From: Thecamonas trahens ATCC 50062
Lineage: Eukaryota > Protista > Apusomonadida
Direction of reading: 5' to 3'
DNA: 64,000 bases
Assembly (NCBI RefSeq): GCF_000142905.1
Contig: NW_013657659.1
Coordinates: forward strand, 336,442 to 400,441
The notes below the pieces were generated by a model. It saw only the letters and a list, made by a program, of their open reading frames with translations, did not search any database and was not told the origin of the DNA. Below are positions 10,165 through 19,164 of the stretch, in pieces. Positions within the stretch are counted from its first letter, which is position 1; every line of letters begins with the position of its first letter. Made by a program: the position numbers and the translations under genes.

Positions 10165-10465
10165 CCGACCCGCCGACCCAACCAGCCGACCCAACCAGCC
10201 GACCCAACCAGCCGACCCGCCGACCCAACCAGCCGACCCACCGACCCAACCCGCCGACCCAACCCGCCGACCGATCCAATCAGCCACACCACCGATCCAA
10301 TCAGCCACCCCATCCCCCCCCCCCCTCGCCCCAAAAAGCAACCACCCCTGCATGCACCCAACCCAATTCGCCCGAAGCCCCCAACCACCCCACCCCACCC
10401 CCCTACCCCACCCCACCCCACCCCACCCCACCCCACCCCACCCCCCCACACACACCCCACACACC
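10165..10465. repeat. CCGACCC/CCAACCA repeats, duplicated CCGATCCAATCAGCCAC and (CCCCA)n in the divergent COX19/FERM intergenic region
   Basis: Seen directly. The CCAAT-containing 17-mer is at 10271 and 10292. Confidence 0.8.
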
Positions 10466-10473
10466 TACACACT

Positions 10474-11988
10474 ATGGACTTTCTGCAAGTCCACTTTGTC
10501 GACGGCTCGCACAAGACCTTGCGTGTCGAGCCAGAGACCACCGTGGCAGAGCTGGTCGCCGCCACCGCAGACAAGCTAGACCTCCGCGCCACGCACCTGT
10601 TCGCCTTCTGGGCTGTCTCGCCCGTCCTCGAGCTCTGCCTCTCGCCCGACGAGACCATCGCCACCGTCCGCGACTCGTGGCTCGACACAGAGCGCAAGTA
10701 CCTCGGCAAGCCGCGCAAGATCAAGGACCCCGACGAGCCCATCGTCTCGTTTGTCTTCAAGCGCCAACGCCTCATCCCAAAGGCCGCAGAGAAGTCGGTC
10801 GACGATCCCACAGCCATCCATCTCCTCTACCGCCAGGGCATCTACGAGGTCGTCAACTCCATCACCGTCACCTCGGTCCGCGAGACCATCAAGCTTGCAG
10901 GCATGCAGATGCAGGCCGACTTTGGCGACCACAACGAGGCCACTCACACCCCGGGCTTCCTCACCTCGCGCCTCCCGGCCTTTATCCCGCGCCACCTGCT
11001 CGAGGACAAAAAGCTGAAGAAGCGCAACTGGGAGCTCGACGTTCTTGAGGCCCACAAGGCCTTTGCTGGCCAGGACCGCACTCAGATCAAGCTCGACTAC
11101 CTCGCCATCGTCCGCAAGTTTCCCTCGTACGGCTCCTCCTACTTTCCCGTCGACATCAAGAAGGCCAAGCGTGCTCCTGTCAAGCTCCCCAAGCACGACG
11201 TCCTGCTCGGCGTCAACGAGGCCGGCGTCCACTTGCACAACAAGAAGCAGCACAAAGACTCGGTCTTCATCGGCCTCCGCGAGCTCGCCTCCTGGGACTC
11301 GACAGACACCCTCCTCACTATCAACGTCAAGCCGGCCTCCTCCGCAGGCGCACGCGCCAAGAAGGACTCGGGCCCTCTTTACATCCTCACCACACGCCAG
11401 GCTCCGCTCATCGACTCGCTCCTCACAACCGCCACAGACAGATACAACAACGCCGTCGCAAGCTACCTCGACGGCGGCTCAAAGCCCAAGACCAAGCACC
11501 CCGACTCCGACTCTGACTCCAACTCCAAGCAGCAGCCTCTGCCCGCAGACCTCCCTGCCGCATCCACCGCTGCCACCGCTGCCACCGCTGCCACCGCTGC
11601 CACCGCTGCCACCGCTGCTGCCGTTGACCCCGTCACTCCATCCGCAGACGACCCTGCTCCGTCCGCACCTTCATCTCCATCTCCATCCCCGTCCGCATCT
11701 TCCTCGGACTCGGACTCAGACTCGGACTCGGACTCGGCCCCGGCCCCGGCCCCGGCCCCGGCCCCGGCCCCGGCCCCAACCCCGGCCGCGGACCCGGCCC
11801 CTGCTCCTGTCGAGCAGGAGCCGGCACACGACCTCGACGCTGCCGCTCAAAACCCAGTCTCGCCGGCTCCTACTCCCGCTGCCGCTGCATCTGCCTCCCA
11901 AGACGAACGCGCCGCAAAGATTGCCCAGCTCAACGCCCTCTGCGACTCGATGGCAGGTTCCATCCTCGACGAGCTCGACGGCTGGTAG
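10474..11988 (+). CDS. FERM (band 4.1) domain protein with Ala/Pro/Ser-rich tail
   Basis: VHFVDGSHKTLRV, LLYRQGIYEV, LAGMQMQADFGDH, FIPRHLL, YLAIVRKFPSYGSSYFPV and VLLGVNEAGVHL. Confidence 0.9.
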   Translation: MDFLQVHFVDGSHKTLRVEPETTVAELVAATADKLDLRATHLFAFWAVSPVLELCLSPDETIATVRDSWLDTERKYLGKPRKIKDPDEPIVSFVFKRQRLIPKAAEKSVDDPTAIHLLYRQGIYEVVNSITVTSVRETIKLAGMQMQADFGDHNEATHTPGFLTSRLPAFIPRHLLEDKKLKKRNWELDVLEAHKAFAGQDRTQIKLDYLAIVRKFPSYGSSYFPVDIKKAKRAPVKLPKHDVLLGVNEAGVHLHNKKQHKDSVFIGLRELASWDSTDTLLTINVKPASSAGARAKKDSGPLYILTTRQAPLIDSLLTTATDRYNNAVASYLDGGSKPKTKHPDSDSDSNSKQQPLPADLPAASTAATAATAATAATAATAAAVDPVTPSADDPAPSAPSSPSPSPSASSSDSDSDSDSDSAPAPAPAPAPAPAPTPAADPAPAPVEQEPAHDLDAAAQNPVSPAPTPAAAASASQDERAAKIAQLNALCDSMAGSILDELDGW

Positions 11989-11996
11989 CTCTCCGC

Positions 11997-14564
11997 TCAC
12001 GTAAACGCCTGAAACTGCATCCAGTTTGCCGCCACATACCGCTCCACCGCAGTCTCGTCGTCGAGCCCGTCGTCGTCGTCGTCGTCCGCCTCGCCGCTCC
12101 GCGCCGCTGCCGCAAACCCGGCCCTCAGTCCGCCCTTGGCCGCCGCAAACCGCGCCTCGGACGCCGCACTCCTGTACTTGGCCAGCACACGCTCCACAAG
12201 CGCAACAGACCGCTCCGCGTCCACGTCAACAAGCTCGCCCAGCGACCCAAGAATAACTGCGCCCGCGTCAGCCGTGAGCGTCGTCAGCAATCCGTCCACC
12301 GCTTTCGGCGCAATGCTCACTATCTCGTGGTGCGCAAGCGAAAGGTCGAGCAGCAGGTGCAGTGCCCAAGGCCGTGGCTGCCACGCCGTGTCATCCACAC
12401 CCAGCACCTCGTCGCGCTCCTCAAGCCCTCGCATCTGCGCGTGCACAAGCCGGCAGTACTCGCGCGCAAGAAGCTCAGAGAGCACACGCGCAGCGCCCAC
12501 ACCGAGCGCTGCAACCTCGCTACCCGCATCGTCGTCCCACGGAAAGTGCGAGAGCACAGCTGCAGCACTCTCCGCCAGGTACCCGTCCGCGCACGCCTCC
12601 ACCGTCGCCAGCGCCATCAGCAGCCGCGCACGACCTACACCGCACTTGTCCCTCACAATCTCTCTCTCGCCTACCCTGCTCCCGTCGCCGCCGCTCGAGC
12701 TCGCCCGACGATGCCCGCCCACACGGTTCCGGCTCCGGCTCCGGCTCCGCGAGTGCCCGCGCCTTGCAAGCCGCGGACTGCCGGCCTCCGCCCGCCGCCC
12801 GCCCACCTCGCTCTCGCCAACACCGCCAAACACGTGACCGTGCACACCGTCGAGCACAAGCGCCAGCGCCTCGCTCACCGCCCCCCGCAGCATCGCCTTG
12901 AGCTCCGCGTCCGGCGGAACAACAGCCGCCAGTCGCGAAAAGCCCTCCACAAGCACTGCTCGCGCGTCCGCAACAAGCGCAAGCAGTCGCACGTCATCGT
13001 CAGGCGCAAGCTGCCACGCCCGCGCCGGGTCGCTCACAACCTGCCGCACCCGTCCCTTGATCTCGCCGCACGTTTTGCGGACAACAAACCGCGTCACACG
13101 GTCAAGCACTGCAAGGAGCGGCGCAAGCGTTCCCGAGGACACCCCATCCGCAAGCAGCCCCGAGTACGCCCCGGCCACAAGCTGGATCCCACCGTGCATA
13201 AACGGCCGCAACTCCTTCCGCCGCGTCGTCCGCACACGGAGCTCCTGAAGGAACGGGAGCTTGCCAACGCCCCCACGCCCCGCTCCCGTCCCGCCTTGTA
13301 AACTTGCTGACGAGTTGGCCGGGGACAGCGCCCCATCAGGCGTCGCAGGCACACACTCGCCGCGCGAGAGCGCAGACGGCACAACAACAGACGGGAAGAA
13401 CGCCTCCGTGAGCGCATCCGCAAGTCCCCCCACAACGCGTTCCATCTCAGCCTCCACCACCCTGCTGGCCTCCTCGCTGCCCTCGCTCCCGCCCTCGCCA
13501 CACTCGCCAGCCTCCACTCCCTCAAGCCGCGCCCGCGACCGCTCGCGCGCCGCAGCCTCCGCCACAAACGACGGGTCCGTCGTGAGCGCACAGAGCGCCG
13601 CAAACGATGGAAGAGCCTCGCGCATAAGTCTGGTGATGCGCCGCACAAGTCCAAGTCGCCCGCTGTCGTCATGGCCCGCAGCCTGCTGCCCACTCTCCAG
13701 CTCCTCCATCACTCGGCCAGACACAACCTTGACCGCAAGCACCAATGGATTCTGCCGAGCGTCCAGCCGCAGCAGCGTCGAAATCAGCCGCGCTTGCTCA
13801 CCAGCCCCCACCCTCCGCCCCGCAAGCTGTTTGCCAAGCTTCTCGCACACCGAGTCGCGTATCCGAAGCACTTGCTTGAGGATGCGAACAAAGAACGACG
13901 AGCTCAGCTGCCCGGCGCTAGCCCCGCGGACCATCTTGCCGTACTCGGCCACAACAAGCTCATAATGCTGCGCCGCTGCCGCCTTTGCCATCCGCGCCGG
14001 CACACGCAGCACCGCCGCGTGCTTGGCCAGCACAGCCTGCAGCTCCTTGCGCGCCGCAATGTTGTCCGCCCGCTCCAGCACCTCGTCCAGCGCCCCGCCC
14101 AGCCCCGCCTCGAGCCGCACGTACGCCTCCTCCACCGCTCGCGTCGGCAACTCGCCGCCCGCTCCCTCCACATCCACCCGCATCGCCGCTGCCAGCGCAT
14201 CCACAGACGCCCGGCACGCCACAAACCGTCCAAAGTTGTCCTTCACCAGCGCCTGTAGATGCGCCGTCTGCTCTTCCAGCGAGTCGCGGAACGAGAGCGC
14301 CACCGTCTCCAACTGTGCCTGGCTCGACCGCCCATGGTGCGCCGCCAGATACGCCGCTGCCACAAACTCGCTCGAGCCCAGGTCCACCGGTCCTCCGCCA
14401 CCATGCTCGCTGCTGCCGCCCTGTCGCAGCCCGCCGCTCCCGCCGCTTCCACCCGCCCTGCCCCCGCCCCCGCCCACCACTCCGCCACTCCGCCGCTGTC
14501 TCGCCGGAGCAAGCACCCCCGCCGGCACCTCGGCCCATGACACCGGGCACTCACTCGTCCGCAT
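11997..14564 (-). CDS. EXOC2: exocyst complex component Sec5
   Basis: YLAAHHG...LQALVKDNFGRFVACRASVDAL and YELVVAEYGK. The C-terminal WMQFQAF resembles the Sec5 end. Start is uncertain. Confidence 0.8.
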   Translation of the reverse strand: MRTSECPVSWAEVPAGVLAPARQRRSGGVVGGGGGRAGGSGGSGGLRQGGSSEHGGGGPVDLGSSEFVAAAYLAAHHGRSSQAQLETVALSFRDSLEEQTAHLQALVKDNFGRFVACRASVDALAAAMRVDVEGAGGELPTRAVEEAYVRLEAGLGGALDEVLERADNIAARKELQAVLAKHAAVLRVPARMAKAAAAQHYELVVAEYGKMVRGASAGQLSSSFFVRILKQVLRIRDSVCEKLGKQLAGRRVGAGEQARLISTLLRLDARQNPLVLAVKVVSGRVMEELESGQQAAGHDDSGRLGLVRRITRLMREALPSFAALCALTTDPSFVAEAAARERSRARLEGVEAGECGEGGSEGSEEASRVVEAEMERVVGGLADALTEAFFPSVVVPSALSRGECVPATPDGALSPANSSASLQGGTGAGRGGVGKLPFLQELRVRTTRRKELRPFMHGGIQLVAGAYSGLLADGVSSGTLAPLLAVLDRVTRFVVRKTCGEIKGRVRQVVSDPARAWQLAPDDDVRLLALVADARAVLVEGFSRLAAVVPPDAELKAMLRGAVSEALALVLDGVHGHVFGGVGESEVGGRRAEAGSPRLARRGHSRSRSRSRNRVGGHRRASSSGGDGSRVGEREIVRDKCGVGRARLLMALATVEACADGYLAESAAAVLSHFPWDDDAGSEVAALGVGAARVLSELLAREYCRLVHAQMRGLEERDEVLGVDDTAWQPRPWALHLLLDLSLAHHEIVSIAPKAVDGLLTTLTADAGAVILGSLGELVDVDAERSVALVERVLAKYRSAASEARFAAAKGGLRAGFAAAARSGEADDDDDDGLDDETAVERYVAANWMQFQAFT

Positions 14565-14761
14565 CACCCAAACTCCGCCGGAGACGTGTGGTCGGCCTGT
14601 GTGGTGGTGGCGGTGGCGCCTGGGACAGTCCCACATCGCTATTCGCCACCCACCACGCTCGATCGCTCGCTCGCCACGCCCGCGAGGGCCCAGACTGGGA
14701 AAGGGCGCAATCCGAGTGTGAAAAGAAGTGGAACAGATGGGACACCACGTGGGAAAAAAGG

Positions 14762-14987
14762 CAGAGTCGCGGTGGATGCGGGTGTATAGCAGGCCTTGTC
14801 GATCTGACCGTCAGACGCGTTGGTGTGTGCGCGTGTGCAGTGAGGCTGGGCACAGACGACGCACGCCGTGTAATCAGAGTCGCGGTGGATGCGGGTGTAT
14901 AGCAGGCCTTGTCGATCTGACCGTCAGACGCGTTGGTGTGTGCGCGTGTGCAGTGAGGCTGGGCACAGACGACGCACGCCGTGTAAT
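14762..14987. repeat. exact 113-bp tandem duplication
   Basis: CAGAGTCGCGGTGG...CGCCGTGTAAT occurs at 14762-14874 and 14875-14987. Confidence 0.95.
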
Positions 14988-15072
14988 TGCGCGAGACATG
15001 GCGGACAAGACAACGTGGCCAACTCGGTCGGGGCCCACCCGCCGCCGGCGACGATCAGTGTGACGTGCTTCA

Positions 15073-16890
15073 TCAGAGCAGGCTAGGCGACCAAACGAGC
15101 GCATCGCGTTTACTGGCGATGAGCTGGGCAACCGCCGCCTGCCCAGCCGTGCACGAAGCGATGGCGGTGGTGAGGAGTTCGGAGGTGAGGCTTGTGGCGG
15201 GTGTATGCTCGAGAATGGCCGAGACGACGTCAAGCGCATCATCGTCACGCGCGAGCTCAAAGACCTGGAGCAGGAGAGCGGGCTCGCTCGGCGGCGCGAG
15301 GTCAAGGAGGTCGCCGGTGAGGTCAGCGCGGCGGGCGCCAGCAGCGATTCGGAGCGCGGCGTAGTGGTTGATGCTGAGGTCGACGTCAGATCGTTCGACA
15401 AGAAGCTCCAGCATGTCGACGTGGCCAAACGCAGCAGCTGTTCGCAGCGCAAGGTTATCGTTGGCGCCGGCGTCAACGTCCGGATGGTTCAGTAGGAGCT
15501 GCGCAATGACTCGCCGCGCGCTGCGAAACGCCAAGCGAAGTGCTTCGTTGCCAGCCGCCCCCGGATCGACCCGCACATCAGCCAGCAGCCGCTCCACTAC
15601 CGACGCGTGGCCATGCTTGACTGCAGCAAAGAGTGCGGCGTTGTTGGCCGCGCCCGGGTCAACGAGCGGATGCGCCAGGAGCAGGTCGACGACCTCGCGC
15701 TGGCCGTTCTTGGCCGCCAGCCTGATCGGAGACTGCAGGTTCGCCGTGACGTCGACGTCGTCGCAGGTGAGAAGGAACGCGATTGTGGACACGTGGCCGC
15801 CAGCGGCTGCCTCTGACAGCGCGTTCGAGCTGCACGCTCCGGCACTCACGCCAGGGTACGTCAGCAGCTGCTTAACAATCGCCAGCTGCCCAGCGCCAGC
15901 CGCTGCCCGCAGCGCGTGGCAGCGTGAAGCTCCAGGATCAAACCGTGAATCTTCCGCAAGCCGCGCTACAAGCTTAACATCGCCGCTGCGCGCCGCCACA
16001 CCAAGCAGGATCGCTCCTTGCCGCGGCCCGTCGACTATAAGCTCCGGATGCGCGAGCAGGGCGTCCACAAACCGGCCTCGCTTGTGTTCCAGTGCTTCCC
16101 GCAGCGCGCGATTGCCGTTGACCGACGGCTCCATCCGCGGATGGTTGAGGAGGAGCGGGAGGCAGCACGAGGCGTCGCCTACAATCGCCATCCACAGCAG
16201 CTGCCCGAGGTGCGCTGGAGTCATCCTCGTGTTGATGGCCGGCAGATCGAGCAAGTAGCCGACCACAGCGGGTGCATCATGAACAGTTGCTGTCGCCAGC
16301 GGATGCCCGCGCTCAAGGTGGAACGCTTGCGCCTCTTGGTCGACCGCCTCCATCAACACCGAGACAACATCGAGCGCGACGTCCTCGGCGACAGATGCAA
16401 TGGCCACGTTCATGACCTCGATGGCGTCGTCTGCCGACGGCCGCACGAGCGGAAACTCATCCAAAACCATCGCCAGCGTCTGCGGCGACGCCGCGAGACG
16501 ACCCAGCTCGACCACAAAGCCCTCAAAGCTGACATCGACAGCAGCTTGAGCGAGGAGCCGGACGAGCGCAGCGCCGTCAGGCGCATCAAGGGTGCAACCG
16601 CCCGAGAGCGGCAGGAGCGTGAGCGCACCTCCCAGCTCGATCGCTGTCAGCGGCGCCGCCGCGGCCAGTGCCTTGCGGGCAGCCGCCAGGTAGCCAGCCG
16701 CTAGGCATGCAGAGACGCCGGCCAGCGCCATGCAGCAGGTACGGCTGTAGTCGTCGCCGAGAACAGCGGCGTGCAGGGCGCGACAGGAGCATGCGAGGGC
16801 GACAACGTCGTGGGGGGAGAGGATGCAAGTGTCGAATGCGATGCGGTGGACGAGCTCGGTGGGGAGGGTGGCGATGGATGGGGGGGGCAT
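15073..16890 (-). CDS. F-box plus ankyrin-repeat protein
   Basis: N-terminal LPTELVHRIAF...DVVALACSCRALH (F-box). Repeats such as LLAHPLVDPGAANNAALFAAVKHGHASVVERLL. Confidence 0.85.
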   Translation of the reverse strand: MPPPSIATLPTELVHRIAFDTCILSPHDVVALACSCRALHAAVLGDDYSRTCCMALAGVSACLAAGYLAAARKALAAAAPLTAIELGGALTLLPLSGGCTLDAPDGAALVRLLAQAAVDVSFEGFVVELGRLAASPQTLAMVLDEFPLVRPSADDAIEVMNVAIASVAEDVALDVVSVLMEAVDQEAQAFHLERGHPLATATVHDAPAVVGYLLDLPAINTRMTPAHLGQLLWMAIVGDASCCLPLLLNHPRMEPSVNGNRALREALEHKRGRFVDALLAHPELIVDGPRQGAILLGVAARSGDVKLVARLAEDSRFDPGASRCHALRAAAGAGQLAIVKQLLTYPGVSAGACSSNALSEAAAGGHVSTIAFLLTCDDVDVTANLQSPIRLAAKNGQREVVDLLLAHPLVDPGAANNAALFAAVKHGHASVVERLLADVRVDPGAAGNEALRLAFRSARRVIAQLLLNHPDVDAGANDNLALRTAAAFGHVDMLELLVERSDVDLSINHYAALRIAAGARRADLTGDLLDLAPPSEPALLLQVFELARDDDALDVVSAILEHTPATSLTSELLTTAIASCTAGQAAVAQLIASKRDALVWSPSLL

Positions 16891-17012
16891 GTGGTAGAAG
16901 AGTGTGCGTGTTCGTGTTCATCATCAGGTCCAGCCGCCACGCGCTATGGCAGCTACCGGGTACAACGGGTATTGCGGGCGCGCCGAGGCCAAAACTCGAG
17001 ACCGGAGACGGA

Positions 17013-18650
17013 TCACCAGAAGAAGATAAACGACATAATGATGAGCGAGGGGACGAGGAGGAGGACGGCCCAGACAATATACATGAGGAACGAGGGCATG
17101 CGGATGCCGCGGTCCTCGACAATCGACTTGACGAGGAGGTTGGGTGCGTTGCCGACGAGCGTGCCTGCGCCCATAAAGACCGAGCCGCACGAGATGGCGA
17201 GGAGGGTCGTGGTGAGGGTGTGCATGAGGACGTCGGCGTCGCCGCCAGCGACGTTGAAGAAGATCACAAAGGTCGGCGCGTTGTCCAGAAAGGCGGAGAG
17301 GACGCCGGTGAACCAAAAGTAGCGCATGTTGTGCGGCTCGTGGTTCTCAGTCACGGCCTCGACAATGAACGAGAGCTCGCCGCGCGTTCCGGCCTCGAGG
17401 ATGGCCACGGCCGGGATGATCGTGATAAAAATGGCGAGGAAGAGCTTGGCGACTTCTACGATGGGGAACCACGAGAAGCCGTTGAGGATGCGGGTCGAGG
17501 CCGGCGTGATGAGGACCGAGACAATGCCGATCGAGATGAGGACAACGTCGCGGACCACGTCTTCAGCGTCCATGCGGACGTCATGGACCGTAAACACGTG
17601 CGGGTTCTCGATCTCCCACAGGCCGGTGAGGAGAATGGTGAGCGGAACGAGAAGAACAAGCGGGATGTTGCGCCAGCCGTCGATCGATGCCGCCACCCGC
17701 GTGAGGATCGGGACGTTCGACCAGTCGCCGGTCGCCGCCGCGGTGCGGACTGACGGCGGCATGTGGGCAAAGCCTTCGTCGAGCGCAACATCGCCGACGT
17801 CGTCGTCCGAGTCCGGATCGTGATCAAGCGCCACCGCGTCCGTCGGAGCGCCCATCAGAGGGGTCTCCTCGGTGCGGCCGCCGGTCCCACGCTCAGCTGC
17901 GAGCGGCTTGCGCGCCTCCGTCCCGCCTGCCCGGTTCCACGGCGCCAGTGAAAGGTCCTCCTTGCGGAAGTAGTAGTAACAGTCCATGGCGAAAAAACCC
18001 GGCAGGAGCAGCGCCACAAGCGTCGCCATCGGCTTGATCATGTGGGTGGTGAACCAGAGAAAGTCGACGCCCTTGAGAAAGCCGAGGAAGAGCGGCGGGT
18101 CGCCGAGCGGCGAGAGCGAGCCGCCGATGTTGGCCACGAGAAAGATAAAGTAGACAAATATGTGTGTCTTGTGACTACGCCACTCATTGCCGCGCATGAG
18201 CGGCCGGACGAGCAGGAGGCTCGCGCCGGTGGTGCCGATGATGCTGGCGATCGAGGTCCCGAACAGCAGAATCGCAGCGTTTTGCCACGGAGTGCCCGAC
18301 AGCGGCACGGCATTGGTGATGCGGATGCCCCCGGCCGTGACAAAGAGGGCGAAGATGATGGCGATGAACGGGATGTACTCGTGGAGGAGGGCGGCGAGGA
18401 CCTCGGTGACCACTGCCGACGTGTCCTCAAACACCATCATGGGCAGGAGCATGGCTGCGGCATGGCCAGCCGCAATGCCTCCATAGTGCTTGTGCCACAC
18501 ATGCGGCGCAAGGAGCGGCAGGAGCGAGATCGAGAGCAGCAGCGAGAAGAATGGGATAGACCACGCCAGCGAGAGCGACGCTCCGTCCAGGTGGTCTCCC
18601 GTCGGCAAGTCAGCGTCGGTGAGCAGGCTGCGCATGGTAGGGTAGGGCAT
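17013..18650 (-). CDS. IT-superfamily transporter (bacterial CitMHS_2 / putative Na+:H+ antiporter type)
   Basis: YIPFIAIIFALFVTAGGI, GTTGASLLLVRPL, ANIGGSLSPLGDPPLFLGFLKGV, LSAFLDNAPTF, GNAPNLLVKSI and MPSF; many TM helices. Confidence 0.85.
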   Translation of the reverse strand: MPYPTMRSLLTDADLPTGDHLDGASLSLAWSIPFFSLLLSISLLPLLAPHVWHKHYGGIAAGHAAAMLLPMMVFEDTSAVVTEVLAALLHEYIPFIAIIFALFVTAGGIRITNAVPLSGTPWQNAAILLFGTSIASIIGTTGASLLLVRPLMRGNEWRSHKTHIFVYFIFLVANIGGSLSPLGDPPLFLGFLKGVDFLWFTTHMIKPMATLVALLLPGFFAMDCYYYFRKEDLSLAPWNRAGGTEARKPLAAERGTGGRTEETPLMGAPTDAVALDHDPDSDDDVGDVALDEGFAHMPPSVRTAAATGDWSNVPILTRVAASIDGWRNIPLVLLVPLTILLTGLWEIENPHVFTVHDVRMDAEDVVRDVVLISIGIVSVLITPASTRILNGFSWFPIVEVAKLFLAIFITIIPAVAILEAGTRGELSFIVEAVTENHEPHNMRYFWFTGVLSAFLDNAPTFVIFFNVAGGDADVLMHTLTTTLLAISCGSVFMGAGTLVGNAPNLLVKSIVEDRGIRMPSFLMYIVWAVLLLVPSLIIMSFIFFW

Positions 18651-19164
18651 GGTGGGTAGGGGAGGGTAGGTGGTGGTGGTGGGCAGGGGTGGAGTGGTGC
18701 GTGATGATGATATGTGTATGTATGTATGTATGTATGTATGTGAGTGTGCGTATCTGTGTGTCTGGTGGTGGCGGCGGGATGGTCTGCGTGCGGTCACGTG
18801 CGAGGGCGGGGGGCGGGCGGGCCCGGGACTTTAGCGGGGTCATTGGGGGGGGGGGTGGGGGGGGGGGGGGGCCATCGGAGGGGGGTGCCATCGGGGTGGG
18901 AAGGGGGTGTCATCCGGGCGGGGGGGGAGCACCGGAGGGGGGTACCATCGGGGTGCCATCGGTATAGGAAGTGTATGTAACGGTGTCTGGGGAGATTGCT
19001 ATGAGCGGCGGAAGGACAGCGATGGCCGTCATGGCCGTGATGGCTGTGATGGCCGCATGCAGCGGGGCTGGCAGTCGGGCTCGCGAGCAATGTACATCTC
19101 TTGAGTCGCACCCGTCTCTCTCTCTATCTCTCTATCTATCTCCCTCCCCTCCTTCTGGGCAAAC

